Shown here: positions 10,193-19,508 of the stretch, piece by piece | Layout of the letters: every line of letters begins with the position of its first letter | How positions within the stretch are numbered: position 1 is the stretch's first letter | Assembly (NCBI GenBank): GCA_021852265.1 | Contig: JAJZNV010000005.1 | Coordinates: forward strand, 8,402-72,401 | Source: Nanobdellota archaeon | Lineage (GTDB): Archaea; Nanobdellota; Nanobdellia; Parvarchaeales; Parvarchaeaceae | Length of the DNA stretch: 64,000 bases | Direction: 5' to 3' | The notes under the pieces: model-generated | What the model was told of the DNA's origin: nothing | The model's input: only the letters and a program-made list of their open reading frames with translations | The model's database searches: none | Translations under genes and position numbers: made by a program

Positions 10193-10543
10193 TTATAAAT
10201 TTTTATTGAGTGCCCCAGTAGACGGTTTTCTTTTTTTCCTTATCCGATATCTCAAATAAAGCCAGTTTTTCAGGTTTTGAAGTTTTCTATGCACATTTCT
10301 AAAGCCCAGAAGATTGATTAAAAGGGTTATCACAGATACTAGAACTATTGCTAGGATGTACGGTGAAAATTCACTTATCCAGTAAAAAATCGCAGAAATT
10401 AGGAAGGTTACTAATACTCCAAGATTAACTCTGTAAAAATAGGTCATTGCTACGCCAGCAATAATCATGGCTACGAAAAGCCAAAATATGGCCGGATCGT
10501 TATAAGCCATCGTATACAGGAGCAGATACAAAAAGTTATCCAT
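10193..10543 (-). CDS. Hypothetical small integral membrane protein
   Basis: 116 aa with three hydrophobic helices and a basic C-terminal tail. Confidence 0.4.
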   Translation of the reverse strand: MDNFLYLLLYTMAYNDPAIFWLFVAMIIAGVAMTYFYRVNLGVLVTFLISAIFYWISEFSPYILAIVLVSVITLLINLLGFRNVHRKLQNLKNWLYLRYRIRKKRKPSTGALNKNL

Positions 10544-10551
10544 ACATCATG

Positions 10552-10944
10552 TTATAAGAGTTTAAGTTTCCCAGTTATTTTGTCTATCAGATTTTCGTAA
10601 TACGGTCCTACACCTATTGCAGTTTCTGTTCCAGGCGCCACCTGAGTCTGTCCAGCGTCTCTTATTGCCTTAAAAGGTATGTTTGCTGCCATTAGTTTGG
10701 ATTTTATTTCCCTTGCCTCATCCTCTCCGTTTATTTTTAAAACGATCTTTGTCTGTCCTTCAGATAGCCAAGTAGCAGCAACCATATGGTCCTTCTTTTC
10801 CGTTTCTAGATAACTAGACAAGCTTGCATGAGAAGCTTGTGCGGCGATTTTTCCGGCCCCCATCTTTAAATCCTTCCTTATAAGTATTACTTGTTTTATT
10901 TTTAAATTATCAGCAATCCTGGTCTTTTTTACAGCGCCAACCAT
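10552..10944 (-). CDS. pth2: Peptidyl-tRNA hydrolase, archaeal type (Pth2)
   Basis: 130 aa. LKMGAGKIAAQASHASL, KIVLK, TETAIGVGP and the C-terminal GKLKLL are typical of Pth2. Confidence 0.85.
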   Translation of the reverse strand: MVGAVKKTRIADNLKIKQVILIRKDLKMGAGKIAAQASHASLSSYLETEKKDHMVAATWLSEGQTKIVLKINGEDEAREIKSKLMAANIPFKAIRDAGQTQVAPGTETAIGVGPYYENLIDKITGKLKLL

Positions 10945-11035
10945 ATAAAAGACAATACCTTATACGTTAAATATCTTTTTTGAAAACATTATCCACCATG
11001 TTAAAGTTTTATATAATGTCCGATTAAATCTAATT

Positions 11036-12082
11036 ATGCAATGTAAAGAACCTGGTGAGTCACGCGTAGAGCAATCAGAGAAGAGTCTATCCCGGTTCTA
11101 TAAACTTATATCCGGTGTGCGCAGCTATCACATTTTGCGGCAAAAAATAAATGAAAATGAATTAAATGGGAGAGCCCAGCTGGAAACCATCTTAAGCAAC
11201 ACATTAGTACTTACTTCAAAAAATTTATACTCTGAAAAACTTCGGAATCACACGATTCAGCATGAAGATGTAATTTCGATCTTTTACAAAAATATTATAC
11301 AGTGTATGTCCAAGCTTGATAACTCAAACAGGTATGGGTGTGAAAATGAAAATTTTAGGTATCTTACTGAAAAGCAATTGCTTACAATGGTAATCCCGAA
11401 TCTTTATGATATACTAAATCTTGCAAAGTCAAAAACAGAAGAAATTATTAGAGTAAATCGCCCATTTGGATATTCAGATCTGCCACATGGTTGTGATATC
11501 TCAGAACATCTTAATAATAAAGCTGTAAAAGGTTTAGTCCTGAGTGCGCTGATAAATAATTCAGATTTGATAAAGAACATAAAGATTCAGGATCATGGTA
11601 ATTACGATTACGTTGGGGCTTTTTTGAAGAAAGGCAAAAAAGTGATCATTCGACCAGTAACCGGACAAAATGCGGGGTATAAGCGAGAAGCAGGGAGCTT
11701 CGTATATACGCAGAGTCTTATAAGAGAAGGCGAGCCTCGTAATCTATTTAGAATATTACAAGACAATTTTGTCTACTTTTACAGACGCGCAGCTGCAAAT
11801 ATCGTCAAGTATGGTGCCGCTGTAATTGGGGGAATGTCTGCTTATCCTGTTTTAGTAGCAGCAAGGATTCTACCAGCGTCTCTCCCCCACAATGTTATGG
11901 AGCAAATTATAAACTGTAATAGTCAGATATGTCCCAACTTTTACAACCTCTATATGCTTTACATATTTGGGACCATTATAAATACTGCGGTGGGCTCAAT
12001 AGCAGTTACTTCTTTTGCCGGTGCGTTTTATAATAGTATAAAATATTCAGTTAGAGAGTACTCAGAACAGAAAATAAAATAA
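11036..12082 (+). CDS. Hypothetical protein with C-terminal hydrophobic region
   Basis: 348-aa ORF. No recognised motifs. C-terminal hydrophobic helices. Confidence 0.35.
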   Translation: MQCKEPGESRVEQSEKSLSRFYKLISGVRSYHILRQKINENELNGRAQLETILSNTLVLTSKNLYSEKLRNHTIQHEDVISIFYKNIIQCMSKLDNSNRYGCENENFRYLTEKQLLTMVIPNLYDILNLAKSKTEEIIRVNRPFGYSDLPHGCDISEHLNNKAVKGLVLSALINNSDLIKNIKIQDHGNYDYVGAFLKKGKKVIIRPVTGQNAGYKREAGSFVYTQSLIREGEPRNLFRILQDNFVYFYRRAAANIVKYGAAVIGGMSAYPVLVAARILPASLPHNVMEQIINCNSQICPNFYNLYMLYIFGTIINTAVGSIAVTSFAGAFYNSIKYSVREYSEQKIK

Positions 12083-12146
12083 TACATGCTATTACGCCAC
12101 AAGCTTTTGTTTCGGTTCAAAAAAGAAAGTTATAAATATACACCGG

Positions 12147-12350
12147 ATGATAGAATTACGAATGGAAGAAACTAGTGCAAAGGGGGGCAGGAAACACTTC
12201 TGTCTGTCGTGTGGAAAAGACATAGCCGTTATAAAAGATTCAGTGATATTCAAGTGTCCAAATTGTAACAATGAGATCGCAAGATGCGGGAAGTGCAGAA
12301 TAAAAGGAGCAGAATTCACGTGTCCGGTTTGCGGGTCAGTGGGTCCGTAA
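12147..12350 (+). CDS. Small zinc-ribbon protein (archaeal, commonly upstream of aEF-1beta)
   Basis: 67 aa with four CxxC pairs (CLSCG, CPNCN, CGKC, CPVCG). Lies directly upstream of EF-1beta. Confidence 0.6.
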   Translation: MIELRMEETSAKGGRKHFCLSCGKDIAVIKDSVIFKCPNCNNEIARCGKCRIKGAEFTCPVCGSVGP

Positions 12351-12356
12351 TTGATT

Positions 12357-12626
12357 ATGGCTAAGGTAGTTTTGAAAATAAAGGCTTTGCCGAAGGATAT
12401 ATCTACTAATATTGACAGCTTAAAAGGTCATGTAAAAGAGTTTCTTATGAAGTATGGGACCGTCTACAGAATAGAAGTGGAACCATTGGCATTCGGCCTT
12501 AACGTAATTATAGTGACGTTCATAATGGAGGAATCTGAAGGCACTACGAGTTTAGAGGCTGCCTTCACTACTTTTAAAGATGCTGAGATGTCTATAACAG
12601 ACGTGTCTAGAATGCCAGATTTTTAG
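12357..12626 (+). CDS. Translation elongation factor aEF-1 beta
   Basis: About 89 aa. VVLKIKALPKD...L..........YG.VYRIEVEPLAFGL is the typical aEF-1beta size and pattern. Confidence 0.8.
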   Translation: MAKVVLKIKALPKDISTNIDSLKGHVKEFLMKYGTVYRIEVEPLAFGLNVIIVTFIMEESEGTTSLEAAFTTFKDAEMSITDVSRMPDF

Positions 12627-13714
12627 GATAAGCCAAGTTGTGCCCTTATTTCCTTAGAAAATAGTAGTTTGAATTTATCCCTATCTTCTGGCCTTATCTG
12701 CGCACCAGAAGCCTGGGCATGCCCACCCCCACTGCCTTTGATATGCTCAAAGATTTTACGAAGCGCAGAGGGGATATCAACATTCAATTCAGTAGCCCGC
12801 ATATTAACCTTCAGGATATCGGCTCTAACTTTTGTCATTATAACTACCACGTTTTTCCGGTATTCATTTAAGCCAAGTGCAGTCGATAAAGTTGAAGAGT
12901 ACCTTTTTTTGGATGCATCCATCTCAAAGAAATAAATAATATCACCAACGCATTCGCTCCTGGTCTTGAACTCCTCAATCAGAGATTTTAGGTTCTTGTC
13001 CACTTTCCCACTGGTTTGTTTTATTCTTTCGTTTTCCATAAACTCTGCAAGAGAATTAGAAGATAGTAATATCCCCAAGGCCTCATCCGCACCCGCTCGC
13101 CCATGCTCTATGATCATATTATTTGTCATCATTGCCGCTTCTCCAAATACCGTATCCAGTAAAAAATCATGTTTTCCTATAGGAATGGAATATTTCTTAA
13201 GTACAGACAACCCAAATTCCTTATTATCTTTAGGTCCTGCATCGCTTATCCAACCTATCATTGCAACCCAGTCTATGTCACTTATAACCTTTTCAAATAG
13301 TTTGTATACTAGAAGAGCACACGGGATATACGTCATATCACCCCACATCTTTGGGTTTATGTAAGCAAAACCTGGGTCCGTTATCAGTTCATGGTGGTCT
13401 ATCAGACATACATTTCTGTTCTCGAATAGACCTATATTCTTCTGTAGAGGGTGACCGTCAAGATCACATATTATTATATTTTTAGTTATTTCTGACATGG
13501 CTATTCCGTTTTCGAAATCCTCATAGTTTGTAGGACGATAAAATGATACTTTTTTACCGAGTCGGCTAAGCGCAGTAGAGAGCAACGTCGCACTTGTCAC
13601 GCCATCACCATCAAGGTGGTAGAATATAGAGAAGTCATCATTTTCTTCTATGAATTTCATTATCTCTTGTACTTCTTTTTCACCGAGTTTCATTCTTTTT
13701 AAAGAAAACCTCAA
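12623..13714 (-). CDS. DHH/DHHA1-family phosphoesterase (NrnA/RecJ-like)
   Basis: 363 aa with DHH motifs HLDGDGVTSA, CLIDHH and DHHA1 GGGHAQASGA. Confidence 0.75.
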   Translation of the reverse strand: MRFSLKRMKLGEKEVQEIMKFIEENDDFSIFYHLDGDGVTSATLLSTALSRLGKKVSFYRPTNYEDFENGIAMSEITKNIIICDLDGHPLQKNIGLFENRNVCLIDHHELITDPGFAYINPKMWGDMTYIPCALLVYKLFEKVISDIDWVAMIGWISDAGPKDNKEFGLSVLKKYSIPIGKHDFLLDTVFGEAAMMTNNMIIEHGRAGADEALGILLSSNSLAEFMENERIKQTSGKVDKNLKSLIEEFKTRSECVGDIIYFFEMDASKKRYSSTLSTALGLNEYRKNVVVIMTKVRADILKVNMRATELNVDIPSALRKIFEHIKGSGGGHAQASGAQIRPEDRDKFKLLFSKEIRAQLGLS

Positions 13715-13733
13715 TATTTATTTGTATCTTTGT

Positions 13734-15899
13734 TTATGAATAGTTTTGCTTAACTATTTTTTCTAGTTCAGAGCCGCCATTGCGTTTTAATGTATTTCTA
13801 AGTGCTATTTCAGGAATAAACACATTCCTTAAGTAGGATGTGCCCACCTTTCCATCTGTTGGAATATACGTAACCTCGAAGCCTCTGGTAAACTTGTTTT
13901 TCGCCACAATTTTCTTTTCAAATGAAGTAACGTCCTGTAACGCTCCTGAAGTCAGTGCAAGGAAAGTGTCCCATCTGTCACCAGATTTTTTGGCAAAGTA
14001 TTTTATATGGGCCTCATGGCAGTCCCCTGCAAATACCATATCTATCTTATCATTACCAGTTTTCACGACCTTGTATGCTAATGCAGTGCCTGCATCAACT
14101 CCACCACGGTACCCCGGACTGTGCAGCATAAAAAGAGTGTATGGTCCGAGTGAAATATCACGGTTTGCAAGCGATTCCTGATCTGCGTATACTATATTTT
14201 TGGTTCCTGCATTTTGCAATATAGGTCCAAGCATACCGCTCTCTCCTGCATGCCCTGCCGCTTTTTCAACATGATTTCCATCGACTAGATAAGCCGTATC
14301 AAAATATTTGGCAATTCTGCGCATTAATACCTGATCTGCTTCCCTAACCTGCTTACCGAGGTCCGGTATAGCGACACCGTCAATGGCTTCTCTAAAAACA
14401 GTGATTTTGTCTTCCAGCGTCTTTGCTTCCTTTAGTTTTTTAAGCATCTCACTTCTTGTGCCTCTTTGTGGCCATAGTATATCTGTCCAGTTGGCTTTAT
14501 CAGAACCACCATGAAGCATATCACCTAACAAGAATAGAAATCTCCGCTCTTTTGGAATCTCGCTGTTCATCAATTCGTAGGGTATTGCTTCCATAAGTTC
14601 GTACGCAGAACTCATACTGGGTGCACCCACATGTGCATCAGATATCTGCACCGTCTCATACAGTTCCTTAGAGGCATTCTTCTCTATTTTGGAGATGTCA
14701 ACGCCTTCTTTCAGCGCTCTAAATGACACATGCTGTAACTCAGCTCTATAATCATCGTCTAGGCTGAATATAGTAATACTGCTGTCCTCCATTTGGTCTG
14801 TTCGTTTCGCTTCAGTCGTTTTATTCCAACTTGAACGTCTTCTTAACTGTGCATCTAAATTCTGCAAGGGACCTACATTTAACATATAAACCGGTTTCCC
14901 GTCTCTAGATGGAAAATCGACAGCTGTAAAATCGGTAGATGACTCGTGTGCTCTTATATAAACATCGGGCAACCTGCCGTGAAGTGCGTCTTTATTTGCA
15001 TTGTCTATTGCCATAACAGTGCCCCTTTCGGTGGGTTTTCCCTCACTGTTACCTGCGTATAGTCCATTTATTGCATGCATAGCTCTTATCTTTACGCCGT
15101 TTACATCTATATCATTCTCAAATCTTTTCATTGTAAGAAAGTCTCCTGAATCCTCTATTTCAGCATTTTCAAGAATACTCAAGTTCTCATTTTTCGCCTG
15201 ACCTTTTTCAGAGAATATTGAGGCAATCCACTGTTTATACATATTTAATGCCATATCCTTTATGCCTTGTTTGTCATTGTTTTTCCACTGCGAAGCTTTT
15301 ATCTGGTAGCTTTTCTGTACAAATGACAGCAATCCCGCATCAACGCCTTTTAGTTCTGTAGGAACTGTATCTTCCTCTTCTTTATCTGAATCCTGTTTGG
15401 ACATGTATGCACTTAACTTTTCAAGTGCTTTTATAATATCAGCTACGTTCTTGTAATCATTTTCTGAGAAGATGTAATAAATGTTTATCCCCTTACGCTG
15501 TGCCTGTTTATAGATGTTCCTCATCTGGACTCTCGCAAGCCTTACCGCTTCTTCCAAAGAGTCGATTGAGTCGGTTCCTTTATTTGTCCCCTTCACTTCC
15601 TTATAAATTCTATCACCATAGTTTTCCCGTAAACTGTTCTCAAGGAGATCAAGCCGCTCCCCACGTCTAGTACTATATTGGTTCGGTATTTGTGCAAGGC
15701 CCCCGTTTAACACTAAAGCATCTATCCTGCCCTCATACTTTTTGATTATTTCACCAACGTTATACAATGCCGTATAATCGCTTAAGTTGGTAGCCAGTTC
15801 GGGTTCCGACATAAGCACTAATCTCAACTTCGTTTTATCTTTAGACAGATTTGAGTTCTTTGAGATAAGAGCCTCAAGACCAGAAATTTTTTTCACCAT
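13734..15899 (-). CDS. Large hypothetical protein with C-terminal calcineurin-like metallophosphoesterase domain
   Basis: 721 aa. The C-terminal half carries the ordered MPE motifs ISDAHVG, LLGDMLHGG, VDGNHVE, FMLHSPG and FAGDCHEAH. The N-terminal half is unrecognised. Confidence 0.55.
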   Translation of the reverse strand: MVKKISGLEALISKNSNLSKDKTKLRLVLMSEPELATNLSDYTALYNVGEIIKKYEGRIDALVLNGGLAQIPNQYSTRRGERLDLLENSLRENYGDRIYKEVKGTNKGTDSIDSLEEAVRLARVQMRNIYKQAQRKGINIYYIFSENDYKNVADIIKALEKLSAYMSKQDSDKEEEDTVPTELKGVDAGLLSFVQKSYQIKASQWKNNDKQGIKDMALNMYKQWIASIFSEKGQAKNENLSILENAEIEDSGDFLTMKRFENDIDVNGVKIRAMHAINGLYAGNSEGKPTERGTVMAIDNANKDALHGRLPDVYIRAHESSTDFTAVDFPSRDGKPVYMLNVGPLQNLDAQLRRRSSWNKTTEAKRTDQMEDSSITIFSLDDDYRAELQHVSFRALKEGVDISKIEKNASKELYETVQISDAHVGAPSMSSAYELMEAIPYELMNSEIPKERRFLFLLGDMLHGGSDKANWTDILWPQRGTRSEMLKKLKEAKTLEDKITVFREAIDGVAIPDLGKQVREADQVLMRRIAKYFDTAYLVDGNHVEKAAGHAGESGMLGPILQNAGTKNIVYADQESLANRDISLGPYTLFMLHSPGYRGGVDAGTALAYKVVKTGNDKIDMVFAGDCHEAHIKYFAKKSGDRWDTFLALTSGALQDVTSFEKKIVAKNKFTRGFEVTYIPTDGKVGTSYLRNVFIPEIALRNTLKRNGGSELEKIVKQNYS

Positions 15900-15991
15900 A
15901 TCAATCCTCCCCTCACTATAATACTATACTTCTATTTAGAGTGTATAGATTATAAATAGTTTTTATGTATTACTATAGTATTACTAAAAAT

Positions 15992-16738
15992 TCAATGGCC
16001 GCCCCAAACATCACGTTTTATATGCTCCTTATCATTCGGCAGACCTAAAGATGTGAGCAGATTTGTCATATCCGAATTAAATTTATTTGAACCGCATAAA
16101 TAAGCGACTCTTTCGGTAATGTCCGGTGCATATCTTCTTATTTTATCCATATCGACTCTACCTGATTCCCCTTTCCATTCAGCATCTTCAGCAGCCCTTG
16201 TTAGCGTTATTATAACCTTAGCGATGCCCCTCATATTAAACTCTATTAACTCTTGGCCTCGGATAATATCTGCCCTAGTACGTGCAGAATATAATAAAAT
16301 TATGTCTTCATGAATGTTGTTTCTTTCAATGTATTTCAACATAGAAAGGAATGGCGCTATACCGGTTGCCGCAGCTATAAACAGAGATTTTTTGTTGTAC
16401 CCTTGAGAATACTCAAAATTTTTACCATTAGGTTGGCTTATGTTGTAGATCTCCCCTATCTTTGCTTTATCAAGTATAGAAGTGAGTTTTCCCCCTACCA
16501 TCTCGATATAGAATTCCAAGGTCTCTGAACCAGGGGCTGAGCCTATCGAGTATGGCCTTTGAATGTCTATTTTTGAACCATCACCGCTGTATCCTATCTG
16601 TACGAATTGTCCTGGCTTAAAATCCATGATTTCGCCAAACTCAGATTTGAATTTAAGAGTTTTTACAGTTGGTGTTTCCTGTATAATATCAATTAATCTG
16701 TAAGGTCTTTTTATTGCATTTTGTTGTGTCGGGAGCAT
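15992..16738 (-). CDS. FAD/NAD(P)-binding oxidoreductase, ferredoxin-NADP reductase family
   Basis: 248 aa with the FAD-binding motif RPYSIGS and the NAD-binding motif LFIAAATGIAPFLSML. Confidence 0.65.
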   Translation of the reverse strand: MLPTQQNAIKRPYRLIDIIQETPTVKTLKFKSEFGEIMDFKPGQFVQIGYSGDGSKIDIQRPYSIGSAPGSETLEFYIEMVGGKLTSILDKAKIGEIYNISQPNGKNFEYSQGYNKKSLFIAAATGIAPFLSMLKYIERNNIHEDIILLYSARTRADIIRGQELIEFNMRGIAKVIITLTRAAEDAEWKGESGRVDMDKIRRYAPDITERVAYLCGSNKFNSDMTNLLTSLGLPNDKEHIKRDVWGGH

Positions 16739-16825
16739 ATCTTCTACATATTAAATTACACTAATAAGATAAATAAGTGGCTTTTGTGCTTAGAAGACAA
16801 GATTTATAAAATCTTTTCGGGTCCT

Positions 16826-18094
16826 TTAAAGTTCCCTAAACCCGGTATACTTCACGAGGATCTCGGGTATCTCTACAGTACCATCCGCACGCTGGTTGTT
16901 CTCGAGTATAGCCTTCAGTATCCTCTGTATAGCCAATCCGGTCGCATCAACGGTGTGTGCATATATTTTATTACCGTTCTTATCTAGATATCTTATATCG
17001 GATCTGCGACTTATCCAGTCAGTACAGTTGTCGTTCGACATCACTTCACGATATTTCTTCTGGAACGGCATGTATGCTTCTATATCATACTGCTTGAAAT
17101 CGCGTATTCCCATATCTCCCGTACAAAGAAGCATAATGCGGTATGGTATATTTAGCTCCCGCAGCATCTCCTCTTCATTTGCCAAGAACTCTGCCTGCAA
17201 CTTCTCCGAATCCTCTGGTTTACATATAGCAATCTGTTCCGTTTGGTCGAACTGGTGTAGTCTAAATATGCCTTTGGTATCGCGTCCATGCGCGCCAGCC
17301 TCTTTTCTAAATGCAGGACTCTCTCCTACTAGTTTGATCGGCAATTCATTCTCATTCAAAATCTCACCGCTGTACATCGCGATAAGCGGATGCTCTGTAG
17401 TAGAAATAAGATAACGATTGTCCTCTGAATCTTCCTCTTTTCCACTAACCTTGTATAGCGCATCCTCAAATGTCGTCATATGCGCTATTCCCGCGTAAAT
17501 ATCTTCTCTCATCAAAAATGGAGGTATCACTGCGGTATAGCCTTTGTCCGCGACCTTCTTCAGCGAGTATAACTGCAGTGCAAGCGCAAGCTGTGCTAGC
17601 TTTCCTTTTATGAATGCGAAGCGGCTCCCCGCTATTTTTGCAGCCCTCTCTATATCTAATAAGCCTTTAGACTGTGATAGTTCCTCTGCGCTTTTTACAT
17701 CGAATCCTTTCTCTTTTATATCTCCCCATTTCTTGATCTCGGCATTGTTAGTTTCATCCTTTGCGATAGGGACGGAAGAGTCGGTTACGTTTGGTATCTT
17801 GAGGAACAGTGCATTAGCCTTAGATTGCTCGTTCTCTATGTTCTTCTCTAGCTCTTCAAGATGCAACTTTAGTTTTTTAGCTTTATCCTTCTTGTCCTCA
17901 TCTTTCCCCTTCAAGCGACTTATTAGGTTTCTCTCGTGTCTTATCTCATCAATTTCTGCCTGGTCTTTTTTTATCTTGTCTTGTAATTCTATAAGCTTGT
18001 CCACTTCCGAACCATCAAACGGCAAGAATCTATTATTGGTAGACTTCACTAGAGCATCACGGTTCTCTTTCACATATTTTAGGTCATAGTACAT
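16826..18094 (-). CDS. serS: Seryl-tRNA synthetase
   Basis: 422 aa. N-terminal coiled-coil arm, class II core FRKEAGAHGRDTKGIFRLHQFDQTEQ, and C-terminal GTVEIPEIL. Confidence 0.9.
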   Translation of the reverse strand: MYYDLKYVKENRDALVKSTNNRFLPFDGSEVDKLIELQDKIKKDQAEIDEIRHERNLISRLKGKDEDKKDKAKKLKLHLEELEKNIENEQSKANALFLKIPNVTDSSVPIAKDETNNAEIKKWGDIKEKGFDVKSAEELSQSKGLLDIERAAKIAGSRFAFIKGKLAQLALALQLYSLKKVADKGYTAVIPPFLMREDIYAGIAHMTTFEDALYKVSGKEEDSEDNRYLISTTEHPLIAMYSGEILNENELPIKLVGESPAFRKEAGAHGRDTKGIFRLHQFDQTEQIAICKPEDSEKLQAEFLANEEEMLRELNIPYRIMLLCTGDMGIRDFKQYDIEAYMPFQKKYREVMSNDNCTDWISRRSDIRYLDKNGNKIYAHTVDATGLAIQRILKAILENNQRADGTVEIPEILVKYTGFREL

Positions 18095-18146
18095 AAGCTA
18101 TTTTAATAGAAAAGATATTTAAGCATTTGTTATTTAGGACTAGTAT

Positions 18147-18232
18147 GGGTCCATAGTCTAGTGGTTATGACGTCCGCTTGACGAAATGTTTCAAAATGCG
18201 GAAGCTCGAGGGTTCGAACCCCTCTGGGCCCA
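18147..18232 (+). tRNA. tRNA-Val (anticodon GAC) with about 13-nt intron at 37/38
   Basis: Acceptor GGGTCCA/TGGGCCC, anticodon stem TCCGC/GCGGA, loop TTGACG + intron + T, T arm GAGGG-TTCGAAC-CCCTC. 86 nt in total. Confidence 0.75.
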
Positions 18233-18282
18233 TTTAACTTATAAGTTATTTAAGACTTGAAGATGCACTATGAATCTTAGAT

Positions 18283-18468
18283 TTATCCTGTCTTTCCCTG
18301 GCTTATGAGCACCGCTTTCAGTTTTTCAACCGATTTTACATCCTCCAGTCTTCCGACAGTTCCCGCACTGCAGTCTAGTAATAATCCATCAAAGTACGTG
18401 GATGAAAGCTGCCTCGCACTTCCGACATATCCTGCCGCCCCCGTTCCGAGAAATATTAACTCTGGCAT
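18283..18468 (-). pseudogene. Truncated N-terminal fragment of a metallo-beta-lactamase-fold (RNase Z-like) gene
   Basis: 61 aa. ELIFLGTGAA...LLLDCSAGT matches the MBL N-terminus but stops (VLISQGKTG*) where the HxHxDH motif is expected. Only about 50 bp remain before tRNA-Val. Confidence 0.45.
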
Positions 18469-18500
18469 TTAAATATTATTATTTCAGCATGTAAATAGAT

Positions 18501-18755
18501 TTGCAGTATTTAGACTATTTATATCTGAAGAGTATTTGTTTTAGTATGATAGACCGTTATATGAAAGAGCTTACCCGGGTCAGTCTGGGAGCAATAATTG
18601 TTGGTGTTATTGTTTGGTTGTTCGGAGATTTTTACTGGGCGGCAGGATATGGGAGCACGTCAGTCTGGTATGTCTTTTTATACGGAGGAGTGTTCTTAAT
18701 CGCAATTGGCGTAGTTGAATGGACATATCTGAGTAGGAAAGTACGTTTGATATAA
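18501..18755 (+). CDS. Hypothetical small membrane protein
   Basis: 84 aa with two hydrophobic helices. Confidence 0.35.
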   Translation: MQYLDYLYLKSICFSMIDRYMKELTRVSLGAIIVGVIVWLFGDFYWAAGYGSTSVWYVFLYGGVFLIAIGVVEWTYLSRKVRLI

Positions 18756-18765
18756 ACAGGAATGT

Positions 18766-19413
18766 TTAGTCACGACTTTGCCATAGATATATAGATGCTA
18801 TACTTTTGTAGTGTCCCCAGCTCAAGGATATGCGTTCTAGTTGCTGCTTATTCGGTAACTCTCTAAGTTTATACTCTTTTTGTACCGCTTTCCTTATTCC
18901 GAGATCGTCTACTGGAAGAACATCTGTTCGCTGGAGGGTGCCAATTAAATACATCTCTGCTGTCCAGCGACCTATCCCTTTTACTTCATCAAGTTCTCTT
19001 ATTATCTCCTCATTTGCAAGTCTCCCGAATTTTTTTGGCTCTAATCGCCCATCCTTTATCCTTTCACACAGGTCCTTTAGATAGAGATATTTTTGGGGGG
19101 AGATTCCCGCAGATCTGATATATTTTTCCTTGCTTTTTAAGAACTCTTGTGGAGAAGGTATCTTACCTCCATATAAATTTTTGAATTTCTTTAATATTGA
19201 TATGCCTGCGCGACCGGATATCTGCTGGAAGACTATCGCTCCTACCAAGGACTCATAGTGGTTTGGCTCCCACCATCTACTCGCAGCCTTCCACGCATCA
19301 TTTATACCAACCTTTTTTATTACCTTCCTAAGGATTATGTCTTTTCTCTCAAGATATTTAACGCCAGTAGTCCAAACTTTTTTATCTGATAACTTGCTGT
19401 ACTCGGTTCTCAT
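18766..19413 (-). CDS. HhH-GPD DNA glycosylase (AlkA/3-methyladenine glycosylase II-like)
   Basis: 215 aa with the helix-hairpin-helix LDEVKGIGRWTAEMYL followed by VLPVDDLGIRKAV (catalytic Asp region). Confidence 0.75.
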   Translation of the reverse strand: MRTEYSKLSDKKVWTTGVKYLERKDIILRKVIKKVGINDAWKAASRWWEPNHYESLVGAIVFQQISGRAGISILKKFKNLYGGKIPSPQEFLKSKEKYIRSAGISPQKYLYLKDLCERIKDGRLEPKKFGRLANEEIIRELDEVKGIGRWTAEMYLIGTLQRTDVLPVDDLGIRKAVQKEYKLRELPNKQQLERISLSWGHYKSIASIYLWQSRD

Positions 19414-19508
19414 TTATTATTCACGCACGCTATATACACCCAATGACTAAATAAACACATTTGGGTTTTAGTATAAAACAATTGTTTAGAAACAGATTTA
19501 TAATATCT

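Noticed and set aside
10016-10198. 60-aa ORF
   Set aside because: It runs straight across the tRNA-Gly gene on the opposite strand.
16896-18089. 172-aa and 181-aa ORFs antisense to serS
   Set aside because: Both are Ser/Phe-rich shadow ORFs inside a well-supported seryl-tRNA synthetase gene and have no motifs.
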